DNA of 63,104 nt, filler included, from Squatina squatina (lineage: Eukaryota), in NCBI GenBank assembly GCA_031763465.1. It is 4 parts of 4 records of this genome, joined end to end, with 100 filler letters (N's around TTAATTAATTAA, not from the genome) between each part and the next. Parts side by side here need not be neighbours in the genome. Positions count along the whole stretch, not along the records: positions 1 to 11,974 come from JARFOE010031466.1; positions 12,075 to 37,969 come from JARFOE010000203.1; 2 more parts are not named here. One strand, 5' to 3'. Made by a program: the position numbers and the translations under genes. Numbering within the stretch: the stretch's first letter is position 1; every line of letters starts with the position of its first letter. Below, in pieces: positions 1-12,815 of the stretch. Below the pieces are notes generated by a model. It made no database searches, was not told the origin of the DNA, and saw only the letters and a program-made list of their open reading frames with translations.

Positions 1-1363
1 CAGGGGGAGGGAATACAATATAGAAATTATTCTTTTACAATCCAGCTAATACGCATCAATATAGCTGGACATCCCAAGGTGATTAAGTGATTCAGCATTC
101 CCAGTGGGGAGTGGTGATCAAGAAGCATAGCCCAAAAAATTGTGGGCTGCAGGATTGTGATTTCCCAATCTGCACTCCCTGCCGGTATTACTTCCTGATA
201 GGTGCGCCATTTCGCAGAATCACCTCTCCTGTTCTCTCTTTGCTGGTAGGAATAATCCGAAGACTGCCAGGTCTTCGGGTCTTCATTTCAATATCTTAGG
301 TTACTGGTTGCCATCAGTACTACAAAATGCACTATGCAGGTGGATTCCCCTTTCTGCAGTGCTGGTGAGCTGCTGTGCAGGGAGAAGGGTTCACAGAGTT
401 AAACCAAATGTTGAAGCACCGATGTTCCATTGCAAAGATATTAAGATCCTTTGATCAGGCTTTTCTGTTAAATGTTAGATCAGAGGAGGAGAGACACAAA
501 TATGCATGCTGTTGTATATCTTCCGGCACCCAGTGACAGAGCAGCACTGGGATCCCTGTCAGCAGATCATTCTACCGGTCCCTTGACCAAGAATGGTTCC
601 TGGACAGATGATCCATCCATCCAGGGGAGAAAATATAAATACATTTAAATAGAGAACCTCACTGAATTATAAAGGAGAGATTCCCCCTTAAACAGAGGGC
701 ACAAGGCTCAAAGAGTTGCCATTTAGTCAGGTCCTCTGTATAGACTTGAAGGAAGGTGTAGGAGAAATTGTTTTTGTTCCAAGAGTTTCCTTTACCACCC
801 CCCCCCCTTTTTTATAGAATAAAATGTATTCATATTTATTTTGTTGTCAATGTGAAGTAAGGTCTGCTTCTTTGATGGGCAGTTTAGTGTCAGTTACAGG
901 GAATCTCCCAGAGTGGCTCCAGCACAAACAGAAGAGCTACTGAGCAATGCCTCCCACCTTTGAACCCAAGAGCTCACCATGTGAGGAGTCATGGTTGCAG
1001 CCTCCCACCTTGTGTCACACTGCATGTTGGGTCGAGGTATTTGAATGAGAAACTGATCAGGATTGTGGCCCTTTGACAAAATGTTGGTGAGTAACTTTGA
1101 TGCGTTGGTCACATGACACTCATGCAGCCCACACACGAGACCCCACAGAAGTTGCAGCTCTTCACGACTTTTCCAAAATTCAACATTTCAGGAAATCATT
1201 TCATTGGCTCATCCACACGGGATCTTTAGGCAGAAATTCACCAGGAGTGGGCATTTAGGTGGTGGCCTCAGAGTTCAAACAATGCACTTTCAGGAACATT
1301 GATCCTGATTCAAGAATTCTGACCTGCCTGTCTTGTTTTGTAATACTGGCATGTACCTGTTCA

Positions 1364-4300
1364 TGAGAGTGTGCTGTTTTTTTTAAACACTGAGGGTGTG
1401 TATTTGTGAGTGCGCTGTTGTTTCCTACACTGTGGGTGTGTATGTGTGAGTGCGCTTTTGTTCTATACACTGTGGGTGTGTATATGTGAGGATGCTGTTG
1501 TTTTATACACTGTGGATGTGTATATGTGAGTGTGCTGTTGTTTTATACACTGTGGGTGTGTGTGTGTGAGTGTGCTGTTGTTTTATACACTGTGGGTGTG
1601 TATGTGTAAATGTGCTGTTGTTTTATACACTGAGGGTGTGTATGTGTGAGTGTGCTGTTGTGTTATACAGTCTGGGTGTGTATGTGTGAGTGTGCTGTTG
1701 TTTTATACACTGTATGTGTGTATGTGTGAGTGTGCTGTTGTTTTATACATTGGTGTGTATATCTGAGAGTGTGCTGTTGTTTTATACACTGTGGGTGTGT
1801 ATGTGTGAGTGTGCTGTTGCTTTTTACACTGTAGGTGTGTATGTGTGAGTGTGCTGTTGCTTTTTACACTGTAGGTGTGTATGTGTGAGTGTGCTGTTGT
1901 TTTATACACTGGGGTGTGTATGTGTGAGTGTGCTGTTGCTTTTTCCACTATGCATGTGTATACGTGAGTGTGCTGTTGTTTTATACACTGTGCTTGTGTA
2001 TGTGAGAATGCGCTGTTGTTTGATACACTCTGTGTGTATCTGAGAGTGTGCTGTTAATTTATACACTATGTGTGTATATGTGTGAGTGGGCTGTTGTTTT
2101 ATACACTGGGGGTGTGTATGTATAAGCTCACTGTTGTTCTATACACTGGGTGTGTGTCTGTGAAAGTGTGCTGTTCTTTGATAAACTGGGGCTGTGTATG
2201 TGTGAGTGTGCTGTTGTTTAATACACTGTGTGAGTATGTGTGAGTGTGCTGCTGTTTTTAACACTCTGGGTGTGTATATGAGAGTGTGCTGTTGTTTTAT
2301 ACACTGGTGTGTTGACGTGAGAGTGTGCTGTTGTTTTATATACTCTGGGTGTGTATTTCTGAGTGTGCTGTCGTTTAACACACTATGGGTGTATATGTGT
2401 GAGTGTGCTGTTGTTTTATACATTTTGAATGTGTATGTCTGAGTGCGCTGTTGTTTTATACAATGTGGGTGTGTATGTGTGAGTGTGCTGTTGTTTCATA
2501 CACTGCGTGTGTATGTGTGAGTGTGCTGTTTTATACACTGGCGTGTGTATGTGTGAGTGTGCTGTTGTTTTTTACACTGTGAGTGTGGATGTGTGAGTGT
2601 GCTGTTGTTTTTTACACTGTGTGTGTGGATGTGTGAGTGTGCTGTTGTTTGATATACTGTGTGAGTATGTGTGAATCTGCTGTTGTTTTTTACACTGTGG
2701 GTGTGTATGTGTGAGTGTGCTGTTGTTTTTTACACTGTGTGTGTGGATGTGTGAGTGTGCTGTTGTTTGATGCACTGTATGAGTATGTGTGAATGTGCTG
2801 TTGTTTTATACACTGTGGTGTGTATGTGAGAGTGTGCTGTTGTGCTATACAGTCTGGGTGTGTATGTGTGAGTGTGCTGTTGTTTTATACATTGGTGTGT
2901 GTATCTGAGAGTGTGCTGTTGTTTTATACACTGTGGGTGTGTATGTGTGAGTGTGCTGTTGCTTTTCCCACTATGCGTGTGTATACGTGAGTGTGCTGTT
3001 GTTTTATACACTGTGCGTGTGTATGTGAGAATGCGCTGTTGTTTGATACACTGTGTGTGTATCTGAGAATGTGCTGTTGATTTATACACTATGTGTGTAT
3101 ATGTGTGAGTGGGCTGTTTTTGTATACACTGGGGGTGTGTATGTATAAGCTCACTGTTGTTCTATACACTGGGTATGTGTCTGTGAAAGTGTGCTGTTCT
3201 TTGATAAACTGGGGCTGTGTATGTGTGAGTGTGCTGTTGTTTAATACACTGTNNNNNNNNNNNNNNNNNNNNNNNNNNNNNNNNNNNNNNNNNNNNNNNN
3301 NNNNNNNNNNNNNNNNNNNNNNNNNNNNNNNNNNNNNNNNNNNNNNNNNNNNTTGATGCACTGTATGAGTATGTGTGAATGTGCTGTTGTTTTATACACT
3401 GTGGTGTGTATGTGAGAGTGTGCTGTTGTTTTATACACTCTGGGTGTCTATTTCTGAGTGTGCTGTTGTTTTGTACACTATGGGTGTGTATGTGTGAGTG
3501 TGCTGTTGTTTTTAACACTGTGGTTGTGTATGTGAGAGTGTGCTGTTTTTTATACACTGTGGATCTGTGTGTGAGAGTGTGCTGTTTATTTAAACACTGG
3601 GGGGGTGTATTTGTGAGTGCCCTGTTGTTTCCTACACTGTGGGTGTGTATGTGTGAGTGCGCTTTTGTTTTAGACACTGTGAGTGTGTATGTGTGCTTTT
3701 GTTTTATACACTGTGTGTGTTTATATGTGAGTGTGCTGTGGTTTTATACTCTGGGGGTGTGTTTGTGAGAGTATGCTTTTTTTTACACTGTGAGTATGTA
3801 TGTGTGAGTGTGCTATTGTTTTTTACACTGTGGGTGTGTATGTGTGCGTGTGCTGTTGTTTTATATAGTTGGGTGTGTATGTGAGAGTGTGCTGTTGTTT
3901 TAAATACTGCGGGTGTGTCTGTGTGAGTGTGCTGTTGTTTTTTTACACTGTGGGTGTGTATATGTGAGTGTGCAGTTCTTGATACACAGTGTGTCTATAT
4001 GAGAGTGTGCTGTTTTTTGATACACTGGGCGTGTGTATGAGTGAGTGTGCTGTTGTTTAATAAACTGTGTGTGTATATGTGTGAGTGTGCTGTTGCTTTT
4101 ACACTCTGGGTGTGTATATTTGAGGGTGCTGTTGTTTTTACACTCTGGGTGTGTATGTGTGAATGTGCAATTCTTTTATAGACTGTGGGTGTGTATGTGT
4201 GAGTGTGCTGTTGTTTTATACACTGTGGGTGTGTAAGTGTGAAAGCGCTGTTGTTTGATACACTGTGTGTATGGGAGATTGTGCTGTTTTTTGATACACT

Positions 4301-7300
4301 AGTGGGGTGTATGTGTTGGTGCGCTTTTGTTTTATACACTGTGCGTGTGTATATGAGTGTGTCGTGTTGTTTTATACACTGTGGGTGTGTAAGTGTGAGT
4401 GTGCTGTTATTTTCTTCACTTTGCGCGTGTATGAGTGAGTGTGCTGTTGTTTTATACACTGTGGGTGTGTATGTGTGACTGGGCTGTTGTTTTATACTCT
4501 GAGGGTGTGTATGTGTGAGTGTGTTGTTGTTTTATACACTGTGCGTGTGTATGTGCGAATGTGCTGTTGTTTTATACACTGTGGGTGCGTATCTGTGAAT
4601 GTGCAGTTGTTTGCTACACTGTGGGTGTGTATGTGTGAGTGCACTGTTGTTTTATACACTGTGTGTGTGTATGTGAGAATGTGCTGCTGTTTTACCCACT
4701 GTGGGTGTGTATGTATCAGTGTGCTGTTGTTTTATACACTGTGGGTGTTTATGAGTGAGTGTGCTGTTGTTTTATACTCTGAGGGTTTTTATGTGTGAAT
4801 GTGCTCTTGTTTTATACACTTTTGGTGTGCATGTGTGACTGCACTGTAGTTTTCTACATTTCAATGTTTATGTGTCAGTGAGCTCTTGTTTTATGCACTG
4901 TTGGTGTGTCTGTGTGAATGCGCTGTTGTTTTATACACTGTGGGTAGGTATGCGCGAGTGTGCAGTTGTTTGATACACTGTGGGTGTGAACGTGTGAATG
5001 TGCTGTTGTTTTATACAATTTGGGTGTGTATGTGTGAGTGTGCTGTTGTTTTCTACATTTTGAGTGTGCTGTTGGTTTATACACTGTGGGTGTGTGTGTG
5101 TGAGTGTGCTGTTGTTTCATACACTGTGTGTGTCTGTGAGAGTGTGCTGTCTTTTGATACACTTGGGTTGTGTATGTGTGAGTGTCCTGTTGTTTTATTC
5201 ACTATGGGTGTATATGTGTGAGTGTGCTGTGGTTTTATACACTGGGGGTGTGTATGTATAAGCTCACTGTTGTTCTGTACACTGTGTGTGTATATGTGAG
5301 TCTGCTGTTGTTTTATACACTGTGGGTCTGTATATGGGAGTGCGCTGTTGTTTTATACAGTGTGGGTGTGTATGTGTGAGTGCGCTGTTTTTGATACACT
5401 GTGTGTATGTATGTGAAAGTGTGCTGCTGTTTAAATCACTGGGTGTGTTTATTTGTGAGTGTGCTTTTGTTTTATACACTGTGGGTGTGTATGTGTAAGT
5501 GTGCTGTAGTTTGATACACTGTTGGTGTGTATGTGTGAGTGCGTTGTTGTTTCATACACTGTGGCTTTGTATTTGTGAGTGTGCTGCTGTTTTATACTCT
5601 GGATGTGTATGTGCGAGTGCGCTGTTATTTTATACATTTTGAGTGTATGTTTGTGAGTGTGCTGTTGTTTGATATAATGTAGGTGTGTATCTGTAAATGC
5701 GCTGTTGTTTGATACACTGTGTGTGTAGGTGAGAGTGTGCTGTTTTTTGATAAACTGGGGGTGTGTCTGTGTTAGTGCCCTGTTGTTTTATATACTGTGG
5801 GTGTGTAATGTGAGTGTGGTGTTGTTTTTTTAGACTGTGGGTGTTTGTCTGTGAGTGTGCTGTTGTTTTCTACTCTCAGGTTGTGTAAGTGTGAATGTGC
5901 TGTTGTTTATTACTCTGTGGGTGTGTATGTGCGAATATGCTGTTGTTTTATACACTGTGGGTGTGTATGCATGTTTGTGCTGTTGATTTATGCAATTTGG
6001 GTGTGTATTTCTGAATGTGCTGTTGTTTTAAACACTGTGGGTGTGTATGTGTGAATGCGCTGTTGTTTTCTACACTCTGGGTGTATTTGTGTGAGTGTGA
6101 TGTTGTTTTGTACTCTGTAGGTGCGTATGTGCGAATGTGCTGTTGTTTTATACTCTGTAGGTGCGTAGGTGCGAATGTGCTGTTGTTTTATACACTGTGG
6201 GTGTGTATGTGTGAATGCGCTGTTGTTTTATACACTCTGGGTGTGGATGTTTGAGTGTGCTGTTGTTTTATACACTGTGCGTGTTTATGTGCGAATGTGC
6301 TGTTGTGTTATACACTGTGGGTGTGTATGTGTGACTGGGCTCTTGTTTTATACTCTGAGGGTGTGTATGAGTGAGTGTGCTGTTGTTTTATACTCTGTGT
6401 GTGTGTATGTGCGAATGTGCTGTTGTTTTATACACTGTGGGTGTGTATGTGTGAGTGTGCTGTTGTTTTATACACTGTGGGTGTGTCTGTGCGAGTGTGC
6501 TGTTGTTTTATACACTGTGCGTGTGTATGTGCGAATGTGCTCTTGTTTTATACACTGTGGATGCGTATCTGTGAATGTGCAGTTGTTTTATACACTGTGT
6601 GTGTGTACGTGTGAGTGCACTGTTGTTTTATACACTGTGGGTGTGTATGCGTGAGTGTGCTGTTCTTTTTTACACTGTGTGTGTGGATGTGTGCGTGTGC
6701 TGTTGTTTGATACACTGTGTGAGTATGTGTGAATGTGCTGTTGTTTTACCCACTGTGGGTGTGTATGTATCAGTGTGCTGTTGCTTTTTACACTGTGGGT
6801 GTGTATGTGCGAATGCGCTGTTGTTTTATACACTGTGGGTGTTTATGTGTGAGTGTGCTGTTGTTTTATACACTGTGGGTGTGTATGTGTGACTGGGCTC
6901 TTGTTTTATACTCTGTGGGTGTGTATGTGCGAATGCGCTGTTGTTTTATACACTGTGGGTGTTTATCTGTGAGTGTGCTCTTGTTTTATGCACTGTTGGT
7001 GTGCATGTGTGACTGCGCTGTTGTTTTGTATACTGTGGGTGTATATGTGTGAGTGCACTGTAGTTTTATACATTGTCAATGTTTATGTGTGAGTGTGCTC
7101 TTGTTTTATGCACTGTTGGTGTGTCTGTGTGAATGCACTGCTGTTTTATACACTGTGGGTATGTATGTGCGAGTGTGCAGTTGTTTGATACACTGTGGGT
7201 GTGAACGTGTGAATGTGCTGTTGTTTTATACATTTTGAGTGTGCTGTTGGTTTATACATTGTGGGTGTGTGTGTGGGAGTATGCTGTTATTTTATACATT

Positions 7301-10300
7301 ATGGGTGTGTATGTGTGAGTGTGCTGTTGTTTTATACACTATGGGTGTGTATGTGTGAGTGTGCTGTTGTTTCATATACTGTGTGTGTATGTGAGAATGT
7401 GCTGTCTTTTGATACACTTGGGTTGTGTATGTGTGAGTGTCCTGTTGTTTTATTCACTATGGGTGTATATGTGTGAGTGTGCTGTGGTTTTATACACTGG
7501 GGGTGTGTATGTATAAGCTCACTGTTGTTCTGTACACTGTGTGTGTATATGTGAGTCTGCTGTTGTTTTATACACTGTGGGTCTGTATATGGGAGTGCGC
7601 TGTTGTTTTATACAGTGTGGGTGTGTATGTGTGAGTGCGCTGTTTTTGATACACTGTGTGTATGTATGTGAAAGTGTGCTGCTGTTTAAATCACTGGGTG
7701 TGTTTATTTGTGAGTGTGCTTTTGTTTTATACACTGTGGGTGTGTATGTGTAAGTGTGCTGTAGTTTGATACACTGTTGGTGTGTATGTGTGAGTGCGTT
7801 GTTGTTTCATACACTGTGGCTTTGTATTTGTGAGTGTGCTGCTGTTTTATACTCTGGATGTGTATGTGCGAGTGCGCTGTTATTTTATACATTTTGAGTG
7901 TATGTTTGTGAGTGTGCTGTTGTTTGATATAATGTAGGTGTGTATCTGTAAATGCGCTGTTGTTTGATACACTGTGTGTGTAGGTGAGAGTGTGCTGTTT
8001 TTTGATAAACTGGGGGTGTGTCTGTGTTAGTGCCCTGTTGTTTTATATACTGTGGGTGTGTAATGTGAGTGTGGTGTTGTTTTTTTAGACTGTGGGTGTT
8101 TGTCTGTGAGTGTGCTGTTGTTTTCTACTCTCAGGTTGTGTAAGTGTGAATGTGCTGTTGTTTATTACTCTGTGGGTGTGTATGTGCGAATATGCTGTTG
8201 TTTTATACACTGTGGGTGTGTATGCATGTTTGTGCTGTTGATTTATGCAATTTGGGTGTGTATTTCTGAATGTGCTGTTGTTTTAAACACTGTGGGTGTG
8301 TATGTGTGAATGCGCTGTTGTTTTCTACACTCTGGGTGTATTTGTGTGAGTGTGCTGTTGTTTTATACTCTGTAGGTGCGTATGTGCGAATGTGCTGTTG
8401 TTTTATGCACTCTGGGTGTGGATGTTTGAGTGTGCTGTTCTTTTCTACTCTGAGGGTGTGAATGTGTGAATGTGCTCTTGTTTTATATACTGTGGGTGTA
8501 TATGTGTGAGTGCACTGTTGTTTTATACACTGTGTGTGTATGTGTGAGTATGCTGTTGTTTTTTACACTGTGGGTGTGTATTTGTGAATATGCAGTTGTT
8601 TGATACACTGTGGGTGTGAATGTGTGAATGTGCTGTTGTTTTATATACTCTGGGTGTGTATGTGTGAGTGTGCTATTGTTTTAGACACTGTGGGTGTGTA
8701 TGTGCGAATGTCCTGTTGTTTTATACACTGTGGGTGTGTATTTGTGAGTGTGCTCTTGTTTTATACATTGTGAGTGTGTATGTGTGAGTGTGCTCTTGTT
8801 TTATACACTGTGGGTGTGTTTATGTGAATGTGCTGTTGTTTTATACACTGTGGGTGTGTCTGTTTGAGTGTGCTGTTGTTTTTTGCACTGTGGGTGTGTA
8901 TCTGTGAATGTGCAGTTGTTTGATACACTGTGGGTGTGAATGTGCGAATGTGCTATTGTTTTATACACTGTGGGTGTGTATGTGTGAGTGTGCTGTTGTG
9001 TTATACATTTTGAGTGTGTTTGTGTGAGTGTGCTGTTGTTTTATACACTGTGGGTGTGTATGTGTGAATGCACAGTTGTTTTATACACTCTGGGTGTGTA
9101 TGTGTGATTGCGCTGTTATTTTATACTGTGTGGGAATATATGTGTGAATTTGCTGTTGTTTTACACACTTTGGGTATGTTTGTGTGAATGTGCTGTTGTT
9201 TTATACACTGTGGGTATGTATGTGTGAGTGTGCTGTTGTGTTATACATTTTGAGTGTGTATGTGTGAGTGTGCTGTTATTTTATACATTTTGAGTGTGTA
9301 TGTGTGAGTGTGCTGTTGTTTTATACACTCTGGGTGTGTATGTGTGAGTGCGCTGTTATTTTATACAGTGTGGAAATATATGTGTGAATTTGCTGTTGTT
9401 TTACACACTGTGGGTGTGTATGTGTGAGTGTGCTGTTGTTTGATCCAATGTGTGTGTATGTGAGAGTGTGCTGTTGTTTTATGCACTGTGGGTAGGTATG
9501 TGTGAGTGTGCTGTTGTTTGATACACTGGGGGTATGTATGTGTGAGTACACTTTTGTTTTATACAGTGTGAGTGTGTATGTGTGAGTGCCCTGTTGTTTT
9601 ATATACTGTGGGTGTGTATGTGATAGTGTGATGTTGTTTTAAACACTGGGAGTGTGTTAGTGTGAGTGTGCTTTTGTTTTTTACAATGTGGGTTTGAATG
9701 TGTGAGTGTGTTGTTGTTTCATACACTGGGGGTGTGTATGTGAGAGTGTGCTGTTGTTTTTTAACACTTTGGGTGTGTATGTATGCTGTTGTTTTATGCA
9801 CTGAATATCTGTGTGTGTGTGTGTGTGTGAGTGTGCTGCTGTTTTATACACTGTGGGTCTGTGTGTATGTGAGAGTGTGCTTTTGTTATAAACCCTGGGG
9901 GTGTGAGTGTGCTGTTTTATGCACTGTAGGTGTGTCTGTGTGAGTGTGCTGTTGTTTTATACTCAGTGGGTGTGTATGTGTGAGTGTTCTGTTGTTTTAT
10001 ACACTGTGGGTGTGTATGTGTGAGTGTGCTGTTGTTTTCTACACTGTGGCTCTGTGTGTTTGTGAGAGTGTGCTTTTGTTATAAACCCTGCGGGTGTGAG
10101 TGTGTTGTTTTATACACAGTGGGTGTGTGTGTGTGTGTGAGTACGCTGTTATTTTATACTCTGTGGGTGTGTCTGTGTGAGTGTGCTGGTGTTTTATAAA
10201 TTTTGGGTGTGTGAGTGTGTTGTTTTATCCACTGGGGTTGTGTATGTGAGTGTGCTTTTTTTATACACTGGAGGAGCGTATGTGTGAGTTTGCTGTTGTT

Positions 10301-10408
10301 TTATACACTGGGTATGTGTATGTATGAGTGCGCAGTTGTTTTTTTACACTGTAGGTGTGTATGTGTGAGTGTGCTGTTGTTTTATACACTGCGGGTGTGG
10401 ATGTATGA
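1364..10408. repeat. Satellite/minisatellite array, 40-bp unit TGTGAGTGTGCTGTTGTTTTATACACTGTGGGTGTGTATG
   Basis: Continuous tandem copies are readable directly, with one 100-N gap at 3253-3352. The + strand is extremely G/T-rich. The array explains the Cys/Val-rich and His/Thr-rich ORFs in this interval. Confidence 0.98.
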
Positions 10409-10460
10409 GATCGATGTTGATTGACACATATCACCACATTCTGCACAATGTTTAACGAGG

Positions 10461-10560
10461 AAAACAACAGCAATAATGATAATTTACATTTATATAGCAC
10501 CTTTAACGTGGTAAAACATCCCAAGGTGCTTCACAGGAGTGTAATCGGAAAAATTTAATC
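10461..10560 (-). mobile_element. L2-clade LINE 3' terminal fragment
   Basis: ACATTTATATAGCACCTTTAACGTGGTAAAACATCCCAAGGTGCTTCACAGGAG matches the 3' end of the longer L2 copy at ~10855-10930. Confidence 0.75.
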
Positions 10561-10723
10561 TCGCTGCCCTCTCAAGTCTACTTGCAAACCTCTCCCACCA
10601 GCAAAACTGACTGTCTTGTGTTACAATCTTTCCAGATAAAATGTGTAAAGGATTGCAAGGCGCTGATGGACACAAGTTGGAGTGAAATGAAAAGTTAACT
10701 TTCTCGAGATTCAGAAAATATGC

Positions 10724-10727
10724 AAAA
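10724..10727 (-). terminator. RNA polymerase III terminator (T4) of the tRNA-Gln gene
   Basis: The minus strand reads ...GGAACCT-G-TTTT, so the T4 run starts 1 nt after the tRNA 3' end. Confidence 0.65.
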
Positions 10728-10728
10728 C

Positions 10729-10800
10729 AGGTTCCACCGAGATTTGAACTCAGATCGCTGGATTCAGAGCCCAGAATGCTCACCATTACACCATGGAAGC
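10729..10800 (-). tRNA. tRNA-Gln(CTG): tRNA-Gln (anticodon CTG), diverged copy, possibly a pseudogene
   Basis: Minus strand GCTTCCATGGTGTAATGGTGAGCATTCTGGGCTCTGAATCCAGCGATCTGAGTTCAAATCTCGGTGGAACCT (72 nt). It folds into a cloverleaf with anticodon loop CT-CTG-AA, A box TGGTGTAATGG and T loop TTCAAAT. It has about 4 differences from canonical vertebrate tRNA-Gln-CTG. Confidence 0.92.
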
Positions 10801-10854
10801 CACACACACTGCGTTTTGCGCCCATAATTCAAATAAACCTCTCTGCTTTAGGAA

Positions 10855-11665
10855 AAACAATAACAACAACTTTTATCCACAAATCGCTTTTAAGTTGGTG
10901 AAACGTCCCAGGGCGCTTCACAGGAGCGATTATCAAACAACATTTGACACCGAGTCACGTGAGGAGATATTGGTCACGTGACCAAAGACTTGATCAGAGA
11001 GGCAGGTTTCAAGGAGCAACTTAAAGTAGGAAAGAGAGGCAGAGAGTCGGAGAGGTTTCGGGTGTGAATCTCAGAGCTAAAGTCCGAGGCAGCTGAAGGC
11101 TCGGCCAGCAATGGTGGAGCGATTAAAATCGGGGAAGCACAAGAGCCCAGAATTGGACAAGTGCTGAGATCTCGGAGGGAGTGGGGCTGGAGGAGGTTAC
11201 AGAGATAGGGAGGGGCGAGTCCACAGAGGGATTTGAAAACAAGGAAGAGAATTTGAATATTGTGGTGTTTCCAGACCGGGAACCAATGTATGTCAGCGAG
11301 CACAGGGGGTGATGGGTGAATGGGACTTGCTGCGATTGAGGGCAGCAGAGGGTTGGATGAACTCAAGCTTTTGAAGGGTGGAATATGGGAGACCGGCCAA
11401 GAGAGTGTTGGAATAGTCAAGTCTGGAGGTTACAAAGGCGAGGATGAGGGTTTCAGCACCAGATAAGCTGAGGCAGAGAAAAAGTCGGGCAATGTTACAG
11501 AGGCTGAAGTCGACGGTCTTGATGATGGAGTGGATATTTGGAATGAATCTCATCTCAGGACAAATCAGCACCAAGGTTGTGAACAGTCTGGTTCCGCCTC
11601 AGACAGTGGGCAGGGATGGGGATGAAGTCAGGGTCTGGGGAACAGACTTTGTGGCGGGGATCAGC
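10855..11665 (-). mobile_element. L2-clade LINE, 5'-truncated (degenerate RT C-terminal region plus 3'UTR and (GTT)n tail)
   Basis: Frameshifted minus-strand peptides AFVTSRLDYSNTLLAGLP, LADIHWFPV and LVFKSLCGLAPPYLCNLL are typical of the L2 ORF2 C-terminus. An AACAACAAC tail lies at ~10855-10870. Confidence 0.88.
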
Positions 11666-11974
11666 ACTGCATTGGCGATACATCGCTCACACCTCAAGGC
11701 AACTTACAAACCTCTCCCACCAGCAAAATAGCAAGAACTGGTCAATTTTATCTCCACAAGTCCACTTTGGCTCGGCATTTTCTCATCCACACCTTCAGCT
11801 TCCTCACTTTTCCCTACGTTAAGTGTAAATGTTGAACAAATCACACAGTTACCATCAAGGCTTTCAGTTCTCAAGTCGCTGCTTCCATTTCACACTACTC
11901 AGCGCAGCTTGTATTACAGTCTTACCAGATATAAAGTGTGTCAGCATTGCAAAGCTTGGCGTGAAAAGAAAATG

Positions 11975-12074
11975 NNNNNNNNNNNNNNNNNNNNNNNNNN
12001 NNNNNNNNNNNNNNNNNNTTAATTAATTAANNNNNNNNNNNNNNNNNNNNNNNNNNNNNNNNNNNNNNNNNNNN
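11975..12074. other. Artificial scaffold-join linker N44-TTAATTAATTAA-N44
   Basis: Six-frame-stop 12-mer at 12019-12030, centred in exactly 100 nt. Confidence 0.97.
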
Positions 12075-12410
12075 CAGCCACCAAGGGTTGAGCGATTCTC
12101 ATCAGGGATCAAGAGGGCAGAATTAGAGGAGCGCAGAAATCTCACGGGGAGTGGGGGAGGCGGTGGGGGTTGTAGGGTTGAAAGAGATTACAGAGGAAGG
12201 GAGGGGCGAGGCCATGCAGGGATTTCAAAACGAGGATGAGAATTTTGAAATCAAGGCGCTGCTTAACCGAGGCGCTGCTTAACCGAGGTCAGCAAGCACA
12301 GGGGTGATGGGTGAGCGGGACTTGGTGCGAGTTAGGACATGGGCAGCCGAGTTCTGGATCAGCTCTAGTTTACGTACGGTAGAGTGTGGGAGACCAGCCA
12401 GAAACGCGGT
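12075..12410 (-). mobile_element. L2-clade LINE fragment
   Basis: Homologous to 11090-11400 (e.g. GCACAGGGGTGATGGGTGA and GGGAGACCAGCCAG). It contains a 16-bp tandem duplication AGGCGCTGCTTAACCG at 12254-12285. Confidence 0.8.
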
Positions 12411-12815
12411 AGTGAAACCAACCTTTCAAAATGAATTCCGCCCTACTTGAAACTAGCCACTGTAGGATGCAAATGAGGGAACCAGAGAGCTGCAATCGAA
12501 GGTAGTGCATGTTAGAGATGGGGCTGCTGTAACACTGGGTCAGGAGCCATGTTTCAAGCACCGAATTTACCAGAACACACTCGGAGAAACAGCTGTAAAT
12601 GATTCCATCTTGCAAAAGAAGGTCTGAATCAGTGTCCTAAAATTGCTTTACTGTTTCAGTGATCGTGAATTGATTAATCATTGTACCCCAACTACTCACA
12701 TTCTAAATATTGCAAGCAAATTACATATGTGTTGCTTTTCTTGACTGCTTGTTTTCTCTGCATTTAAACTTGGAGTCTTTATTTGTCCTCATTTTTGCTT
12801 TGCATTTGTTTCAAG

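Noticed and set aside
1-1350. Possible decayed coding or retroviral sequence before the satellite (AATAAA at ~818)
   Set aside because: The plus-strand frames I translated are interrupted and I could not recognise any motif. A translated search would be needed.
1703-10424. Dozens of Cys/Val-rich and His/Thr-rich ORFs resembling metallothionein, keratin-associated or zinc-binding proteins
   Set aside because: They are translations of the 40-bp satellite in overlapping frames on both strands, with no splice structure.
12019-12030. TTAATTAATTAA as a biological motif (homeodomain site or piggyBac TTAA target)
   Set aside because: It is centred in N44 flanks three times identically, so it is a synthetic linker.
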